From IMG/VR virus record IMGVR_UViG_2875555210_000001: DNA of 64,000 nucleotides, one strand, 5' to 3'. Below the pieces are notes generated by a model. That model worked only from the letters and a program-made list of their open reading frames with translations, did not search any database and had not been told where the DNA came from. Source of the DNA: a virus. Lineage: Duplodnaviria > Caudoviricetes. Below, piece after piece: positions 37,278 to 46,711 of this stretch (within the stretch, counting starts at the first letter, position 1; each line of letters starts with the position of its first letter). Position numbers and translations under genes: made by a program.

Positions 37278-37967
37278 TTAGAACCACCCCTCAATCCGGT
37301 CGACAAAGCCCAGATTGAAAGCCTCCTGAGCGGTAAGCCACACGTCCTGGCGCGTCCACAGCGCCGCGAACTGCTCGGCAGAGCACTTGCCGCCGGACCG
37401 CTCGACGTAAATCTCACCGATACGCGTATTCAGCTTCCGGTAGAACGCCATCGTGTCCTCAAGCTCACCGATCTTGCCCGCCGTCTGGCCGGACAGCTCG
37501 TGAACCATGAAGAACGACTCAGGGCCGATAACCCGCTCGTCGGCAGCCTGCACCAGCACAGTCGCCATGCTCGCGGCCAGGCCACGGACAGTCATGGTCA
37601 CCTTGTGCTGCCCGCCGCCGCTCAAGCTGTAGCGCGTCAGGTTGTCAAACAAGCTCAGGCCCGCCAGCGCGGAACCGCCGCCGGAGTGAATCTCGATGTT
37701 CATGTCGCACGTCGGGTCCAGCCGGTGCCAGAACTCAAGGTGCTGCGCGCACTCAGCGACGTTCTTAGAGTCCACGCCGCCGATGAAATAGTGCTGGTGA
37801 ACCATATCGTCGGTCGCCTGGAAATGACGCTCTGCGCGCTTCGCCTGCGCCGTCTGCAACTCCGCAAGTTCAGCCTTAGCCTGCGCCTCGCGCAGCTTAG
37901 CCGCCTTGAACGGGGCCTTAAACGGGTCGGTGCTCTTAATCAGAACGTCGTCTGCACCAATGCTCAC
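37278..37967 (-). CDS. clpP: ClpP-like serine protease
   Basis: IHSGGG, GLAASMA (catalytic Ser), FMVHE, DVWLTAQEA..LGFVD. Confidence 0.9.
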   Translation of the reverse strand: MSIGADDVLIKSTDPFKAPFKAAKLREAQAKAELAELQTAQAKRAERHFQATDDMVHQHYFIGGVDSKNVAECAQHLEFWHRLDPTCDMNIEIHSGGGSALAGLSLFDNLTRYSLSGGGQHKVTMTVRGLAASMATVLVQAADERVIGPESFFMVHELSGQTAGKIGELEDTMAFYRKLNTRIGEIYVERSGGKCSAEQFAALWTRQDVWLTAQEAFNLGFVDRIEGWF

Positions 37968-38179
37968 TTAGTATTGCTCCAATCGCAACTCAGGCCCCGG
38001 TCGTAGAACACGCAGAACTTTTCGCCCTTGCGCGTCTTTAGGTAGCCATCCCAATACTGGGCACCAGACTCGGCATCACCGCCGTAGGTCTGCTTATCCT
38101 GAATGTTGGAGGCGCAGCCCGACAGCCCGAAAGCTGCCAGGACTGCGACCACCCCTGCGGCTTTACGCCACCGACTCAA
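37964..38179 (-). CDS. Small lipoprotein
   Basis: Lipobox LSGC after hydrophobic stretch; start uncertain. Confidence 0.6.
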   Translation of the reverse strand: MSRWRKAAGVVAVLAAFGLSGCASNIQDKQTYGGDAESGAQYWDGYLKTRKGEKFCVFYDRGLSCDWSNTK

Positions 38180-39461
38180 GGTCAACCTCTCCCTTATCCA
38201 ACTGCTTAGTCTCGTGCTCAAGGAACTTCGGCGACTTCGCCTTAAAGACGCGCGGAATCTGGCCCTCGATACGAACGCAGACACCCTCGTCAACCGTCTT
38301 ACGGTCACTCAACGGCACCGGAGACTCATCGAACTCGCCCGCATCCGGAGCCTCGGCCAACCGAATGTCTAGGTAGTTGTCGGAATACTCACGAATGGCG
38401 TATTCCTCACCCTCACCGCTCGGCACCCACCTAAAGCCGGACCACAACTGCGGCACCGTCTTAAGTTCCAGCGTCCGGCAGAAGTCCTTAACGCCTTCCC
38501 ATGACAGGTCCGCGATAACACCCTTAGGGTTCACGGTCGCCACGCGGTAGACGTAAAGCTCACACTGCCCCGGCGGCAGGTCGTAGGTGTAGCCCCGCTG
38601 GATCGGCTCATCCTCGCTAACCCAGCCGATAAGCTCGCCGTAGATCATGAAGTTCTCAGGAATCTTGCCCTCAAGCTTCTCGCCGAACTTCGCCCACAGG
38701 TCGGACTTGTAGAAGTGGTTGTTCTCCGACCGGCCCTTAACCACGTTCCGAGAGCCGTACCTGTGCTGGTACTCGGCGTCTGGCGTAGCGATGCGCAGCC
38801 ACTTGTTAACAACGACCCGCTCAAACCAACCCTTGTCGCGGTTGACCGGGATATTGCCGCCGCGCCAGCTCGTGCCGTGCAACTTCTGCGTCACTACTTC
38901 ATGCTTAGGGTCACGGAAGTAATGCAGGTTCCGGAACAGATGCTCCGTGTCCAGATGCTTCGGGAACAGCCGCTCATCAACCTGCTTACGCACCTTGGGC
39001 TGCCCCTGCGTGGCCTGCTTCTTACCCTTCGCCACATACTTGCGGCAGATCGTGTGGCCGTTCAGCTTGTCGAACGTATCGCCCGGCTTGAGCGTCGACA
39101 CGTCGTAGCCGGTGTAGGCCAGCGACGACAACGGCATCAGCAGCGCGTCTGACTGGTGCTTACGCAGCCGGAGCGCCTTCACGCGGGCATTCGGCTCTAG
39201 GTAGCCGGTCTCGCTGGCGTCCCGGTTCAGCGTGGCCTCACGGAACAGGTTGTTTTCCCGCGCATAGTCGGCGTCAAGCTGAGTCTCGGCCATGAACAAC
39301 ACACGCAGCGCGCCCAGCTCGTAGCCCTCTTTCTGGGTGAGCGCCTGGTAGCCGAACATGGGCACGCCCACCAGGTTGTCGAGACCTTCCAGGAGAAGCC
39401 CCTGTGGCAACTTAACGATTGTCGCCGCGTAGTTTGCGCTCTCTGGTGCATCAAAGCTCAT
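38163..39461 (-). CDS. RNA ligase (Rnl2/DRB0094-like)
   Basis: Motif I TQKLHGTS, motif III IYGELIG, motif IV DEGVCVR, motif V FKAKS. Confidence 0.88.
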   Translation of the reverse strand: MSFDAPESANYAATIVKLPQGLLLEGLDNLVGVPMFGYQALTQKEGYELGALRVLFMAETQLDADYARENNLFREATLNRDASETGYLEPNARVKALRLRKHQSDALLMPLSSLAYTGYDVSTLKPGDTFDKLNGHTICRKYVAKGKKQATQGQPKVRKQVDERLFPKHLDTEHLFRNLHYFRDPKHEVVTQKLHGTSWRGGNIPVNRDKGWFERVVVNKWLRIATPDAEYQHRYGSRNVVKGRSENNHFYKSDLWAKFGEKLEGKIPENFMIYGELIGWVSEDEPIQRGYTYDLPPGQCELYVYRVATVNPKGVIADLSWEGVKDFCRTLELKTVPQLWSGFRWVPSGEGEEYAIREYSDNYLDIRLAEAPDAGEFDESPVPLSDRKTVDEGVCVRIEGQIPRVFKAKSPKFLEHETKQLDKGEVDLESVA

Positions 39462-39763
39462 CAGTAACCCCGATCTAGCTTCTCGACCCACTTAGTGGCG
39501 ACAGCCGCCACCTGGATCAGTTCAACGCGAAGCTTTTCCTTGTCGCCTAAGCGAGCTTCATCAACGGCTTCTGCGACTTCCTCTAGGAGGATGTCGGTGT
39601 AGGTGCATTTCCCAACCGCAGAACGGCTCTCCGTGACCTGCTTACAGTAGTCGCCGCTTAGGATCGGATAGTCAAGATCGGCAGTGATATCAGGGTGGTT
39701 CTGCTCACCCCACTTAGCCTCCTGCCGGGCGCGCTCAGCGGCGATTTCGTCAAGCACACTCAC
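39461..39763 (-). CDS. MazG-like nucleotide pyrophosphohydrolase-fold protein
   Basis: ILLEEVAEA...ELIQVAAVA motif. Confidence 0.7.
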   Translation of the reverse strand: MSVLDEIAAERARQEAKWGEQNHPDITADLDYPILSGDYCKQVTESRSAVGKCTYTDILLEEVAEAVDEARLGDKEKLRVELIQVAAVATKWVEKLDRGY

Positions 39764-39827
39764 TTAACCCACCGCCCCTCAACACCCCACAAAATCCGGT
39801 CGATTACCTTAAGAACCTTGCGCCACG

Positions 39828-40046
39828 TCACTGCCGCCACCAGCCCTTTCCAAGTTTGTCCTGCAATTGCCGGTAAGTGGCCTCAACCCGCGTGACCTTA
39901 GTGCCATTAGGGATAGTGACCATCAAACCGTCTAAGTCGTAAATGGTGTGATTTCCGCCGGGCCGTCGAATCTCGAAATTAAGCCCTCGCACTCGCGCGG
40001 CCTTGTCGATCTTTCGCAGCACAACGGAAGTTTTCTCATGAGACAT
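39828..40046 (-). CDS. HicA-like protein
   Basis: RRPGGNHTIYDLDG..VTIP motif; 72 aa, basic. Confidence 0.65.
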   Translation of the reverse strand: MSHEKTSVVLRKIDKAARVRGLNFEIRRPGGNHTIYDLDGLMVTIPNGTKVTRVEATYRQLQDKLGKGWWRQ

Positions 40047-40109
40047 TTCGTATCCTTACGGGCCGGGAGGTAGGGCCAGGGTCACTAGCCCTACCTCCGG
40101 AAATTTCGC

Positions 40110-40499
40110 CTACCAGGCCGGAGCGTCGTTACTCGCGGCAGACTGATAGCCGCCGCCACCGTTCTCCCGACGCTTACGAACGTTCTTCCCGACGAACTCG
40201 CCGTCGATTTCAAACACGGACCGCTTCTCGCCCTCGCGGGTCTCAAACGACCGCTGCTTGAGCTTGCCGATCACCACGACCGAATCGCCCTTACGCAGAG
40301 CCTCAGCCGCACCCTCGGCCAGCTCGCGCCACACGGTGGCACGGAGGAACAGCGTCTCCCCGTCCACCCACTCATCGCCCTTCTTAACCCGAGGCGTAGA
40401 AGCCACCGAGAACTGAGCGACGGCCACGCCCGACTCAAGGAACCGCAATTCCGGATCAGCGGTAAGGTTGCCCTGAATCGTAATTTCAGCGTTTGGCAC
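40110..40499 (-). CDS. ssb: Single-stranded DNA-binding protein
   Basis: ITIQGNLTADPELRF...LKQRSFETREGEKRSVFE; C-terminal DAPAW. Confidence 0.95.
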   Translation of the reverse strand: MPNAEITIQGNLTADPELRFLESGVAVAQFSVASTPRVKKGDEWVDGETLFLRATVWRELAEGAAEALRKGDSVVVIGKLKQRSFETREGEKRSVFEIDGEFVGKNVRKRRENGGGGYQSAASNDAPAW

Positions 40500-41052
40500 G
40501 TTTCTCCTTTGATTTCATTTCGCAATAATCTTCGTACTGCGCTTTCGTTAAGACGTTCCCGCAATCCGCGTTAGTGCAGTAAATGCGGTCCTCGCCCACC
40601 CATCCCCCGAGAGTGGGTAAAGCGCACTCAGGACATGGGACGCGCCTCCGCTCCCACACCCTTTGCAGCCCGATAATCCCGTCAGCCTTTGAATGCACCG
40701 AACGGATATCGAGCGCCACGTCTAAGCCGTAGTTAAACGTGATTAGGTCACATACCTCGTACCCCTGCGCGCGCTGAATTACCGCGCGAATCTGGCCGAT
40801 CAGATCAACGACCGTCAGGTTTAACGGAGCCTTAGGCTCTGCCGACGAACTGACTTTCGACTGCCCCACCGAACCGGGCACGTAGCCCTTATATGTTTCG
40901 AGCAAGTCGGAATAAGTCGGGAGTTCATCTAGGCACTTCTGAATGTCCTTAACGCAGCCGTCGCACAGCGGACGGAGCGACACCAACGCCGGGCCGTCCG
41001 GAGTGCGACTGACACACCTGCGCCCTGCCCGGCAGCGTTCCGCTAGTCCCAT
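40486..41052 (-). CDS. Cys-rich (Zn-binding) hypothetical protein
   Basis: Several CxxC pairs. Confidence 0.65.
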   Translation of the reverse strand: MGLAERCRAGRRCVSRTPDGPALVSLRPLCDGCVKDIQKCLDELPTYSDLLETYKGYVPGSVGQSKVSSSAEPKAPLNLTVVDLIGQIRAVIQRAQGYEVCDLITFNYGLDVALDIRSVHSKADGIIGLQRVWERRRVPCPECALPTLGGWVGEDRIYCTNADCGNVLTKAQYEDYCEMKSKEKRAKR

Positions 41053-41130
41053 GCGTCGATCAACCCTTCTAGGAATCCATCGAATAGGTCAGCCAGGAAC
41101 CGCCGCCAGTTCCGGCGCGGCTTACGCCGC

Positions 41131-41367
41131 CTACGCATCGTGCGGAAACTGGGACAGCCAGCGGATCAGGTCTGCTACCTCAGGGGTATCGTCCCGGTAA
41201 GGCACCAAGACGTTAATAACCTCGCCCGGCGTCTCATGCAGCGAATACCAGACAGCATTTGAACAGCCCTGAGCGACCCTTACCGAGTGGTACTCGCCGC
41301 CGTTAGCGAACGTGAACGCGTAGTCCAACACGCCACACTTGAGCTTGATACTGGCCTTAAGCCGCAT
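41131..41367 (-). CDS. Hypothetical protein
   Basis: 78 aa; AAGGAGG RBS. Confidence 0.55.
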   Translation of the reverse strand: MRLKASIKLKCGVLDYAFTFANGGEYHSVRVAQGCSNAVWYSLHETPGEVINVLVPYRDDTPEVADLIRWLSQFPHDA

Positions 41368-41761
41368 TGCTTTCCTCCTTAAGGATTTCCCGGCGCTCCG
41401 CTTCCGTGGTTCCGCCCCAAACGCCTTGCGTGCGGTCGAAATAGTCAGGGTGTGCGCGGTCCCAATCGAGCGCCGCGTCTAGGCACTTCCGTTTAGCCGG
41501 GCAGCCGTTGCATACGACGCGGGCCTCCGCGACCTGCTTACGCCCGCCAGCCCCCGCCTTAGGAAAGAACGGGTCGTCGTCAGCGTCGATGACAGTCCCT
41601 TTGCAGGCCGCTCCCGGCAGATCAGGAATATCCAGTTCAGGGATAAGCTTGCTGCGCACACCGCTTACATTGGTGACGGGAATGCTGAACGCACTTCCGC
41701 GATTAATCGCATTAGCGTGGAACCGCATTTCAACACCTACACGCTGGTTGACTGAATACAC
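41357..41761 (-). CDS. whiB: WhiB-family transcription factor
   Basis: AAC...PFFP...VCNGCP...C...GVWGG.TEAER. Confidence 0.9.
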   Translation of the reverse strand: MYSVNQRVGVEMRFHANAINRGSAFSIPVTNVSGVRSKLIPELDIPDLPGAACKGTVIDADDDPFFPKAGAGGRKQVAEARVVCNGCPAKRKCLDAALDWDRAHPDYFDRTQGVWGGTTEAERREILKEESNAA

Positions 41762-42058
41762 TTACGCAGCCTCTCCGTGAATTTCCCACTCGCTCTTACC
41801 GACGAACTCGCCGCGCTCCACAGCCAGCGCGTACCGACTGTCCGGCACTAACCCGCCTCGGATTCCGAAGCGCAAGGTTTTGCACATGCCGTATTCCTCA
41901 CGCATCGCGGCCTCTAGGCACTGCTCCCGCACGTCGCACATGGTGTTGCAGACGCGCTTAGGCGCTTCTGTCGATCCACCCTTAAGCGGGAAGAACATTT
42001 CGGGGTCAATGAACTGGCAGGTCGCAAGCTCCCGCCAGTTCGATTCCGGTTTCGCCAA
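41762..42058 (-). CDS. whiB: WhiB-family transcription factor
   Basis: WRELATC...DPEMFFP...C...C.VREQCL...GIRGGL. Confidence 0.88.
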   Translation of the reverse strand: MAKPESNWRELATCQFIDPEMFFPLKGGSTEAPKRVCNTMCDVREQCLEAAMREEYGMCKTLRFGIRGGLVPDSRYALAVERGEFVGKSEWEIHGEAA

Positions 42059-42425
42059 CTTCCCAAATCCTTATCTCAATCCGTGGATTTTTCGTATCCG
42101 AGTCCGTTACTGCCATCCGTGTCTGTTTGACGTACTTAGAGTTGTCGTCAGGCCAAACGTCAGCCTTCACCAATCCGTCTAAGGCACCCTTAACAAAAGG
42201 GCCAAGCGAATCGGAATCGGTAGCGCGCCGAGTGGGCGTGTACCAGAGGAATGACACGACGGACGGACCTAAGTCCTTAATGCCCGCCCGCCGTGCCAGT
42301 AGGGCCACCACGTCCCCTACCTCTTGCTTAGCCTTTCGGACCACTGCCCAATGTGCGCGCCGCTGATCGTTGGCGGTCATTGGTGGCCGTTTGAAAGGCG
42401 CTACTAGCAGGTGCTCCAAAACCAT
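42006..42425 (-). CDS. rusA: RusA-like Holliday junction resolvase
   Basis: DSDSL..FVKGALDGL......DDN motif. Confidence 0.85.
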   Translation of the reverse strand: MVLEHLLVAPFKRPPMTANDQRRAHWAVVRKAKQEVGDVVALLARRAGIKDLGPSVVSFLWYTPTRRATDSDSLGPFVKGALDGLVKADVWPDDNSKYVKQTRMAVTDSDTKNPRIEIRIWEVGETGIELAGACDLPVH

Positions 42426-42875
42426 CCCCCGTTAGGGGAGGGGGAAAGTTAGTTAGATGGGTGCGCAGCACAGACCTCTCCGCTTCGATTCGGGTCTTGG
42501 GCCAGGCTTGGGGCGTCATGGGAACCATCCCGCCTTGGGATAGGGTCAACCACCCTTTAACGCACCCATCCAAGTCATTTACTGAAACTCGATGCGCAAT
42601 TCCTGCACTTCTGCGTTGCAGTCGCGGGTCTGAACAACCCTGTCTAGCCAGTCCAGCCCGGCAACCTCAAGCACACGCTTCTTTGCGTCGTACTTAACGA
42701 CTGCGTTAGTGCCCGGCACCGGGAACGTCGCCCCGGCTGGCGTGATGCTAATGGTCGCCATCAGGCCCCTCCTCGGAATAAAGCTCATCCACGTAGGTGT
42801 CCATCGCCTTGATTGCCCGCGCTAAGACAATGACCACTACGACTGCCACGAACCCGAAGATCACCAGGCCGAGCA

Positions 42876-43802
42876 TTAGAAGTCCCCCGGCTGCACTTGC
42901 AGGCACTTAAGGCCCAGCGACCGCCACAGGTTCACAACCTGGTCCCGGTCGTCCAGCACAAAGCGCACGTTGTACTTGCCGCGAATGTTCTGGTCGAACA
43001 GGTCGTACTTGACCAGGTAATCCGGCAGCTTGTTACCGTGCTCATCCTTAGCGCCGGTAGGCCGCATGTGCAGCTCGTCGTAAGGAATGGCGTTCTTCCA
43101 CAACCATTCCTGAGTCGCCACCCGGCACGAGTCGTCCCGGCCCGACACGATCAGCACGTGGACACCGTTCGGACCGCCGTAGTAGTCCACCAGGCCGACC
43201 AGCCACCGAATCTGCTCATCAACCACGTCGGTGTGGACCTGCGTGTAGTCGAACGGCGACCGGCCCGCCATGTGCGCCACCGTGCCGTCGATATCAACGA
43301 TGATGGCCTCCGGCAGACCCTCAATCCACTCGACCGGCTTAGGGTCGAACGACGGGGGAGCCTGAATATTCGGCCAGTTCTTAATCGGGTGACGCTTAGC
43401 CATCCGGTTAATCACTTCGGCACCCACCGAGCGCTCGCCAGCCTCGCCGCGCTTAAAGTCCCGCACGATGCAGTACGAAGCGGGAGTGAGCACGTCGACA
43501 CGCTCGAAATTCGCGCCGTACATGCTCGCCATCTTCGCCCACTTACGCAGATAAGACGGCTCCAAGTGGGTAGCGTCGACCACCACGGAGATACCGGCCT
43601 TAAGCAGTGCGCTAACCTGCGCACGCTCAACTACCGTTACCTCATCCTCGCGCTCTTTCACGCCCGAGAAATACGTGCCATGAAGCATGTAGCGCAGATC
43701 GTCGCGGCATACAACAACCGCGCCGTTCTCATCAGCGATTTCACGCGCCCTGGTGGACTTACCAGAGCCGGGGTAACCCCGCATCGCCCATAAGGTCGTC
43801 AT
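42876..43802 (-). CDS. Polynucleotide kinase / 3'-phosphatase (T4 PseT-like)
   Basis: GYPGSGKST P-loop, RDD, HAD DIDGT, SGR, LDDR. Confidence 0.93.
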   Translation of the reverse strand: MTTLWAMRGYPGSGKSTRAREIADENGAVVVCRDDLRYMLHGTYFSGVKEREDEVTVVERAQVSALLKAGISVVVDATHLEPSYLRKWAKMASMYGANFERVDVLTPASYCIVRDFKRGEAGERSVGAEVINRMAKRHPIKNWPNIQAPPSFDPKPVEWIEGLPEAIIVDIDGTVAHMAGRSPFDYTQVHTDVVDEQIRWLVGLVDYYGGPNGVHVLIVSGRDDSCRVATQEWLWKNAIPYDELHMRPTGAKDEHGNKLPDYLVKYDLFDQNIRGKYNVRFVLDDRDQVVNLWRSLGLKCLQVQPGDF

Positions 43803-43830
43803 TCCGACCCCCTCTCTTGCTCGCTTTCAA

Positions 43831-43881
43831 GTACAACACGTGTACTCCGGAAACATGCGAAAGTGTCCGAAAAGTCGGACA
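43831..43881. promoter_or_regulatory. Regulatory site with GTAC-N7-GTAC (43831-43845) and TGTCCGA-N4-TCGGACA (43864-43881) upstream of PNK
   Basis: Both motifs recur elsewhere in the window. Confidence 0.65.
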
Positions 43882-43888
43882 CCCTCAC

Positions 43889-45373
43889 CTACCTCTGACG
43901 CGCTAGAACGTCTCTGACCTGCGCAAACGACTGCCGGCCTAGGAACTTTCCGTTCTCCCACACAGGACGGAGCAAGCTCGCCTTCTCGTCCTCAATCGTG
44001 GCGTTCTGCTTGAGCGCCAGATCGCCCCAGATGTTCTCCAACACCGACAACCGGCCCGTAGCGGACTTCTTGGTCCCGTCGTCGGTCACCGGATTCTTGA
44101 GCAGGTTGTAACCCTTGCCGTCGACCTCAGCCCACGTCGCTTTCATCGCGGACCCGAACGTGTCGCGGGTGTTGTACTGGTACGTGTACGACCCGACGCC
44201 AAACACCACGTTGGACGACGCGTAGCCCAGCTTCTCCATACGCGCAGTGATGCTCGCAGCGCGCTCAACCGTGATTGAGTCGCCGTAAATCACACCGACG
44301 TGCGGATCAAGCTCAATGAACCCGGCAGCGTTTTTCTTGCCGCCGAAGTGCTCGTAGAGCAGCCCCAGCACGCCCATCCACTCGTTAGAGGAAACTGGCG
44401 CGTCTGTATCGCCACAAATGATCTTCTCTGGATCGCCAGAGTCGGGCCGGATCACCAGCTTGCCGTCCCGCGCCATGATTTCCTTGCGCAGGGTCGGCAA
44501 ATAAGTATTCAGCACGCGCCAAAGATCGAACGTGTCACTGACAACGCTAACGATGCCGGACGGGTACAGGTCCAGCAGCCGCTTAAACGTCTCAAGCTCC
44601 CCGACCGTCTCAATGCCGGTACACATAACCGAATGCTCGGTAGCCGGAACTGACCCCGCCACGTAATCGCCGCCGTAGTAGCGGTCGATCCAATCCAGCG
44701 ACACCAGCGAGTCCGTACCGGTAAAGCTCAGCAGATGAGCCGCGCCCGACGCCGCCGCGCTCTCATGCGACGACATGCCCCGGTATGAGAAGTCATGGCA
44801 CTGCCAGTCGACGCCCGCCAGGTCCGCACCGGTCCGCAGAGCCGCGCTCTCAAGCACCCGCCGGTACTGCTTAGCGATGGTCGCGCTCGTGCTGGCCTGC
44901 CACACCCCGGCGCTAAGGCCGGTCTCGATGTAGTTGGTCAGCCAGTAGAACGACTCGTGGGTGTTCTCCACCGTGAACGACGGCACCCCGATAGGCACTA
45001 GCGTCCCCTCAGGCACCGCGCAGAACCGCAGCGGCAGGAACCCCAGCCCATGCAACTGCCGAATATGGTCCGACCCAATCGAGTGGGCTACATCCGGCCC
45101 GAGAATCTGAGCAACGCGCTCCTCGTAAAGCGCTGCAACCTCATTCTCCTTAGCCGCGAAGAACGGTTCGAAAGCCTCCATCAGGTGCTTAGCGATGTAA
45201 GCCTGCAACCCGAAATGGACGACCTTATCGACGCCCGGCAGCCGAGACTTGCGGTTGGTGTAATTGGAGTAGACCCGCGTCACGTCGCCGCTAAGCGCGT
45301 ACTGGTCGACGTGGCCCAGCTTGTACGCGTCCGTCTCGAATAGCGCCGCGACCGGCGCAAATTTCGTGCTCAC
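43889..45373 (-). CDS. Nicotinamide phosphoribosyltransferase-like protein (NAMPT/Namat-like)
   Basis: TDAYKLGH, HDFSYRG, PATEHSVM, SVVSDTFD, VIRPDSGDP, KKSA motifs. Confidence 0.92.
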   Translation of the reverse strand: MSTKFAPVAALFETDAYKLGHVDQYALSGDVTRVYSNYTNRKSRLPGVDKVVHFGLQAYIAKHLMEAFEPFFAAKENEVAALYEERVAQILGPDVAHSIGSDHIRQLHGLGFLPLRFCAVPEGTLVPIGVPSFTVENTHESFYWLTNYIETGLSAGVWQASTSATIAKQYRRVLESAALRTGADLAGVDWQCHDFSYRGMSSHESAAASGAAHLLSFTGTDSLVSLDWIDRYYGGDYVAGSVPATEHSVMCTGIETVGELETFKRLLDLYPSGIVSVVSDTFDLWRVLNTYLPTLRKEIMARDGKLVIRPDSGDPEKIICGDTDAPVSSNEWMGVLGLLYEHFGGKKNAAGFIELDPHVGVIYGDSITVERAASITARMEKLGYASSNVVFGVGSYTYQYNTRDTFGSAMKATWAEVDGKGYNLLKNPVTDDGTKKSATGRLSVLENIWGDLALKQNATIEDEKASLLRPVWENGKFLGRQSFAQVRDVLARQR

Positions 45374-46233
45374 CCTATCCCCTTAAGGTCAACCATTGCC
45401 TGGTGCATGTAGGTAAATGTCGGCACAATCGACGTAGCGACACCCACTCGGTTATGGCCGGGGTGAGAGTCTGTCGTCATAATGCGCCCGTAGTAATTGC
45501 GCAGATTGGTAGCGGCCCCAGAGAAGATGCCGTGGGTAACCCACAGGTCGATATTCTCCTTAGGGAGGAACGTGTCATGCGACAGCATTAGGAAAGTGCT
45601 ACCGCCGTCGCAGATATCGTCAACTACCAGGTACTTCCCACTCTTGGGCAGGTTGGGCACCTTAATTTCGTAAATCTGGCCGGTGTCAAAGTCGCGGTCC
45701 TTCTCGGCCACATACAGGTCCAGCCCGTATTCCTTAGCGACCGCCTCGGCCCGATCCCTCGCGCCCTTATCTGGCGCGATGATGCCGTCATACCGCCAGT
45801 GCCCCTGGCTCTCTAACGCCCTATTCAGCAGGGGCAGAGGATCAAGCGGACAGATGTTCCTGACCAGCCGGTTAGCGACCGGCGAATGCGGGTCAATGAC
45901 AATGACGTGCTCCGCATACGCGCAGTTGTTGATCATGTCCGCATACACCCGCAGACCGAACGGCGTCCCCCGGTCCGCGCGGGCAGCCGGAAGGTACGGC
46001 AGGAACAACACGAACGCCTGGCCCTGTTGCGCAGCGTGGTCGGCCAGCAACAGCGCGGTTACCAGGTCGTCCGTACTCGCGCCCCGAACGTCCGCAATCC
46101 ACGTCACGCCCTCCAAGTCCAGAGGCGACAACATGTTCTTAAGGTGCAGCTCCCCGCCGGGGAACTTGAACGGCTCCGCAGCCGCGTTAATGGTGCCTAG
46201 TTTCTCCGCATAGACCTTTAGATGAACGGCCAC
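45370..46233 (-). CDS. Ribose-phosphate pyrophosphokinase-like protein (Prs/Adps-like)
   Basis: FPGGE, PYLPAARADR, DPHS, APDKGA, VVDDICDGGSTF, VTHGIFS. Confidence 0.92.
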   Translation of the reverse strand: MAVHLKVYAEKLGTINAAAEPFKFPGGELHLKNMLSPLDLEGVTWIADVRGASTDDLVTALLLADHAAQQGQAFVLFLPYLPAARADRGTPFGLRVYADMINNCAYAEHVIVIDPHSPVANRLVRNICPLDPLPLLNRALESQGHWRYDGIIAPDKGARDRAEAVAKEYGLDLYVAEKDRDFDTGQIYEIKVPNLPKSGKYLVVDDICDGGSTFLMLSHDTFLPKENIDLWVTHGIFSGAATNLRNYYGRIMTTDSHPGHNRVGVATSIVPTFTYMHQAMVDLKGIG

Positions 46234-46456
46234 TTGCCCCCCAGCCCTAGAAACTTGGAAATGTTGTAGACCAGGTGTGACTTAGCAAGCTCGTCCACGG
46301 TCTCGTCGTCCAGCACTTCCCCTATCGGGTTCTCGTAGTCCTCGTCAGAATTAGTCACGCGGGTAGTCCTCCTCGTCGTCGTAACCGCCCTCGCAGCGCT
46401 CACAAGCACCGTGGCGGCATCCATAAGTCGACTGGCCGCAACCTGAACAGCGGTCT

Positions 46457-46711
46457 CTAACTGGCGTAAACGTGCTCACTCGGGTACCTCCATTGCCCCG
46501 CCGCGAATACCTCGATTACCTGTTCACGCTCAGCCCACTTAGCGCACTCGTTAAACACCGGACACTTGTCACACAAGAGCCGCATTTCAACGTGGTCACG
46601 CCAGCTAAGCGTTTCGACCCGACCGGTAAAACGGTCGTCGTTATCGCAAACCGCCTCGTCTTGCCAACGCAGCGGCTTACCTTCCATCAGGGCCTTAATA
46701 TCAACGCTCAC
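46457..46711 (-). CDS. Divergent WhiB-like protein
   Basis: WQDEAVC...LCDKCPVFNECAKWA...VFAAG. Confidence 0.7.
   Translation of the reverse strand: MSVDIKALMEGKPLRWQDEAVCDNDDRFTGRVETLSWRDHVEMRLLCDKCPVFNECAKWAEREQVIEVFAAGQWRYPSEHVYAS

Noticed and set aside
37005-38006. Long antisense ORFs (also 4370-5353, 42897-43793, 20048-20902)
   Set aside because: Shadows of GC-rich, well-supported genes on the opposite strand; no recognisable motifs.
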